This document shows positions 60,857 through 64,000 of a stretch of 64,000 nucleotides of DNA, piece by piece (positions within the stretch are counted from its first letter, which is position 1; each line of letters opens with the position of its first letter). The notes under the pieces are model-generated. The model saw only the letters and a program-made list of their open reading frames with translations, was not told where the DNA came from and ran no database searches. Source of the stretch: an uncultured archaeon (GTDB lineage: Archaea; Asgardarchaeota; Lokiarchaeia; Sigyniarchaeales; SOKP01); the NCBI GenBank assembly GCA_964486045.1, contig CAZALK010000020.1, positions 23,510-87,509 of the forward strand, written 5' to 3'. Position numbers and translations under genes: made by a program.

Positions 60857-63117
60857 TTAGCTCGGAATTGCTATTGGAGTAAAAACTTTTTTCTTTATCA
60901 AGTTAAGTATATCTTCAGCATCTTTTACTTGGAATTTCTTCTTCCCAAATAAATTTGAAACATAAAAATAATCTGAATTATTTTGTTTCATAACTTTTAA
61001 CGCACGTTCAATAATTTGTTTTTCTGTTTGGCTAAACCTCACCTTTCCCAGTTTTACAACTTTTAAAGGATATATTAAAGTTATTTGCAAATATTTTTCA
61101 ACAATATCATGAATTTTTTTAAAGGGTCTAAGATCGCCATCAAAATTTTCCATATATTTTCCTAATTCTTCGTCAATTTCGATAGACAATGAATCAACGG
61201 TTTTTAAAAAATCTTCGGACGGGCTGTCTTTCATTATAAAGACTAATCTAAAATCCTTAAATTCCGACATTAAAATTTTCGAGTCGTGATATACTCTAGT
61301 TTTATTGTCTGTGATTCTTTTCTGCTTTTAGTTAATTCTATTCCAAAACCTCTAATTGCCTGTAGGAAACCGGAAATAAGGCTAGAATCCATCTCATTGG
61401 CTGTAATGATTTGATCATAAACTAATAAGCCGGAATTTTTATCAGAAACAATAAAATATTCAATATTTAGAGCATCCATGTATTCATTATAAATTCGTTC
61501 TCTTTTTTCGTTTTTAATTCTTTTATTCCTTTTTACTAAAACAAATGATGTAGCTGTGAGTAAAACTATGCTCGTTATCGATATCAATATTCCATAAATG
61601 ATTTCAATTGGAACTGTAAACGGCATAATAACCTGAAAATCATAAATCTGGAGTCCCGCATCCGTTGCATTATTCCAAAATATATAACACTTATATAATC
61701 CCTCCTCGGGGTTAGTAGATAAACTGTATGCAAAATAATTTGTATCTCCTAAGAGCTGTAGAGTTTCTGTTTCTATTGGAAACCCTAATGAATTGTAAAG
61801 GATAATGGTGTAATTTCCCTCCATGATTGGTTCTTGAATGGAAAATTGTATATCTTGTTGAGGCCCAAATGTACTTTTTGGAACATTTAGCTGAAAACTA
61901 ATCTGAGGTGAATTGGCAACGAATCTCCAAGTAGCTCCATCCTCGATTGTGGCATTCGGTACATAAAAAAGTCTCTTAGTATAATTTAGATATGTCTGGG
62001 GTGTTATATTTAATCCATTCTTATATATAGAAAAATTAAACCAATTCATAGGAAATAGAAATTTTATGGAGTAATTATATGAAATTCTTGTGATCTGAGG
62101 TTGTAAAATCCATTGAATAGATTTACCTTCGCGAATTACCCCCTCTGATTTCTCCATAAAACTGTTATGAATTGAAATTTTATATTCATAATTTAGCAAT
62201 AATTCAATGGATAAATTATTTAGAATAAAAATATTCATTGTTGCACTATATGGAGAGAAATTGAGATCTACAATGGAAAGAGTTCCTTTTCCAATTGATA
62301 TATCATTATTGACTTGAAAGGAATTATTATTTATTCGGGCGATCATGTTTATATCTTCTGGATAATAAGATCTATTAACTCTTTGCTTAATTTTATGTAG
62401 AAAAACATCCCCGAACCTGTTTTCCCAATCTGTGTCATCTTCATTGTATCTACACATATAAAGTGAAGAGTTGACGTTTAGATTATTAATATACCAATAA
62501 TACCGATCTTGCCAATTAGCACTCGTTCCATCTATTACTAAGCAGTAATAACCAGGTGAAAGGTTAATTGGGGAATTAAAATTCTGGATGTACCAATTAG
62601 GAATTAGGCTAGTATTCAATTCAATTTGTTCTCCATACACAACTCCGTTTGGCCTACGACTTCCTGAATTCCATCCTTCAATCCTCACATAGACAGGTCC
62701 TGGACTACTAGATCCTTCAGTTTTATAACCATAAATTTCCACGGCAAAAATGGTACTCTGCTCTGTAATATTTAATTGCATACCTGCAATTTCAATATTA
62801 TTTCTTCGGATAGTTTCGAATCCAGATTCTTGCTCTTCTACAGTTACCGTTTCACTGCCCATTTTAATACTTGTAAAATTAATAGTAATTGCTGATAAGT
62901 TCCAAGTAGGTGATGGAAAATCAAAATTTACTGATGATTCATTGCTCTTTTGACCCCATTCATTTGCAAATTCTGTTAACTCAAATAAAGAGTCAATTTC
63001 TAAGGTAGGACTCTGATCTTGAGCTCTAATAGGTACAATAAGAAAAATAATCTGTAGTACTATAACCAATGATAAAAGAAAACTGTATATCCTTTTTTTT
63101 GGTAAATATATCCCCAT
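60857..63117 (-). pseudogene. Surface protein (signal peptide, beta-rich ectodomain, TM, cytoplasmic longin-like + wHTH) split by a 2-nt insertion near 61290
   Basis: Removing AT from GAG TAT AT CAC GAC gives KLEYHDSKILMSEFKDFRL and fuses the two ORFs (752 aa); SGLLVY...LISGFLQAI...FDGDL. Confidence 0.8.
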
Positions 63118-63467
63118 ACCAAAAAAATAATAACATTTCAGCTATTTATAATTGATGAAATTGTCAACAATATTATTTAACTAAGATTTGTTGATTCTTA
63201 TATTCCTTTAGAAATAGGTTAGTTTTTTCATATTTTTCAATCAATTCTAAAAAATAAATTAATGAAGAGGCAAGAATTTCAATTAGATTAATCAACAAAA
63301 GAATTTAGTGAATGATTTTTTTTATAGAATTAGGCATACCTAAAAGTTTAAATATCATGCATTCAATAATTTAAATGATAATAAACTAAAATAGAGCATA
63401 ATAATTAACTATTTTAGTTTATTAATCACTAAATTTCGAATTAGTCAATCATATTCAAATGTAAGTG

Positions 63468-64000
63468 ATGATTTTGGAACTAATAGCACAAATTCAACTT
63501 GGATGGTTAAATGGATGGATATTTTTCATTATATTCATCATAACTTTTGGAATCCTTCTTAAATCATGCCCAAAAGAAGTCACTGTGAGACTTTATGATA
63601 GAAAAGGCTGGACTAGATTACAAATAACATTTACTGTAATTAGAAAGCTGTTAGGTTTATTGGTTATTGTTCATATTAGCTTTTCACCCCTAAAAATTGG
63701 ATCCATTGATTTTATTATCGGTACAACGTTTTTCACTTTCGGGCTTGTTTTATTGACGATTGCAATTATGAATTATAAAAACTCTCCTCTTGATAAACCA
63801 ATTACTAAGGGATTTTATAAAGTCTCTCGAAATCCTCAATTACTAAGTCTTTGGGTCATTTTCATCGGAATGAGTGTTGCCGTTGGTTCTTGGATAAATA
63901 TTTTCATCATTCTAATTGCGATAGGATGCGCCCACTTCGGTATACTAGGGGAAGAAAGAAGACTTACAGAGCAATATGGGGATTCTTATTTAGAATACAA
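63468..64000 (+). CDS. Isoprenylcysteine carboxyl methyltransferase/PEMT-family membrane protein (runs off the 3' edge; absent from the ORF track)
   Basis: Open frame MILELIAQIQLGWLNGW...ITKGFYKVSRNPQ...EERRLTEQYGDSYLEY. Confidence 0.85.
   Translation, partial: MILELIAQIQLGWLNGWIFFIIFIITFGILLKSCPKEVTVRLYDRKGWTRLQITFTVIRKLLGLLVIVHISFSPLKIGSIDFIIGTTFFTFGLVLLTIAIMNYKNSPLDKPITKGFYKVSRNPQLLSLWVIFIGMSVAVGSWINIFIILIAIGCAHFGILGEERRLTEQYGDSYLEY

Noticed and set aside
85-62953. Numerous short track ORFs antisense to or nested in longer genes (e.g. 21014-21445, 42793-43323, 51459-51989)
   Set aside because: They overlap well-supported CDSs, have no motifs, and show the F/S/I-rich composition expected of shadows in AT-rich DNA.

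Overview
AT-rich (roughly 30% GC, estimated by eye), gene-dense archaeal chromosomal segment, most likely from an Asgard archaeon (Lokiarchaeia/Promethearchaeota-like). The evidence is TBP, an eL13-like protein, UPF0147, stand-alone MtrH, an archaeal tRNA-Pro, and many eukaryote-like small GTPases and longin/roadblock-type domains. Housekeeping content includes endonuclease V, cyclophilin, ADP-forming acetate-CoA ligase with a DRTGG partner, thrC/hom, PEP synthase, methyltransferases and transporters. The most striking content is a dispersed candidate signalling toolkit. Five small GTPases are present, and four of them (two Arf/Rag-like, two Rab-like) carry the same N-terminal uDENN/longin-like domain in cis. 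There is also a Rag-like GTPase next to a Zn-ribbon-roadblock protein whose N-terminal half the ORF track misses, a 7-TM protein next to one GTPase, and two surface proteins built as ectodomain - TM - cytoplasmic longin-like domain - wHTH. Other oddities: five genes broken by one lesion each (2x TAG, 1x TAA, 2 frameshifts), a tRNA-Pro(CGG) with A37, a full-size NrdD paralogue lacking its radical machinery, a 144-bp MITE-like element, a His-rich 18-bp tandem repeat, and a mosaic tandem duplication of orphan ABC permeases. All family calls come from motif recognition by eye; no database searches were run.
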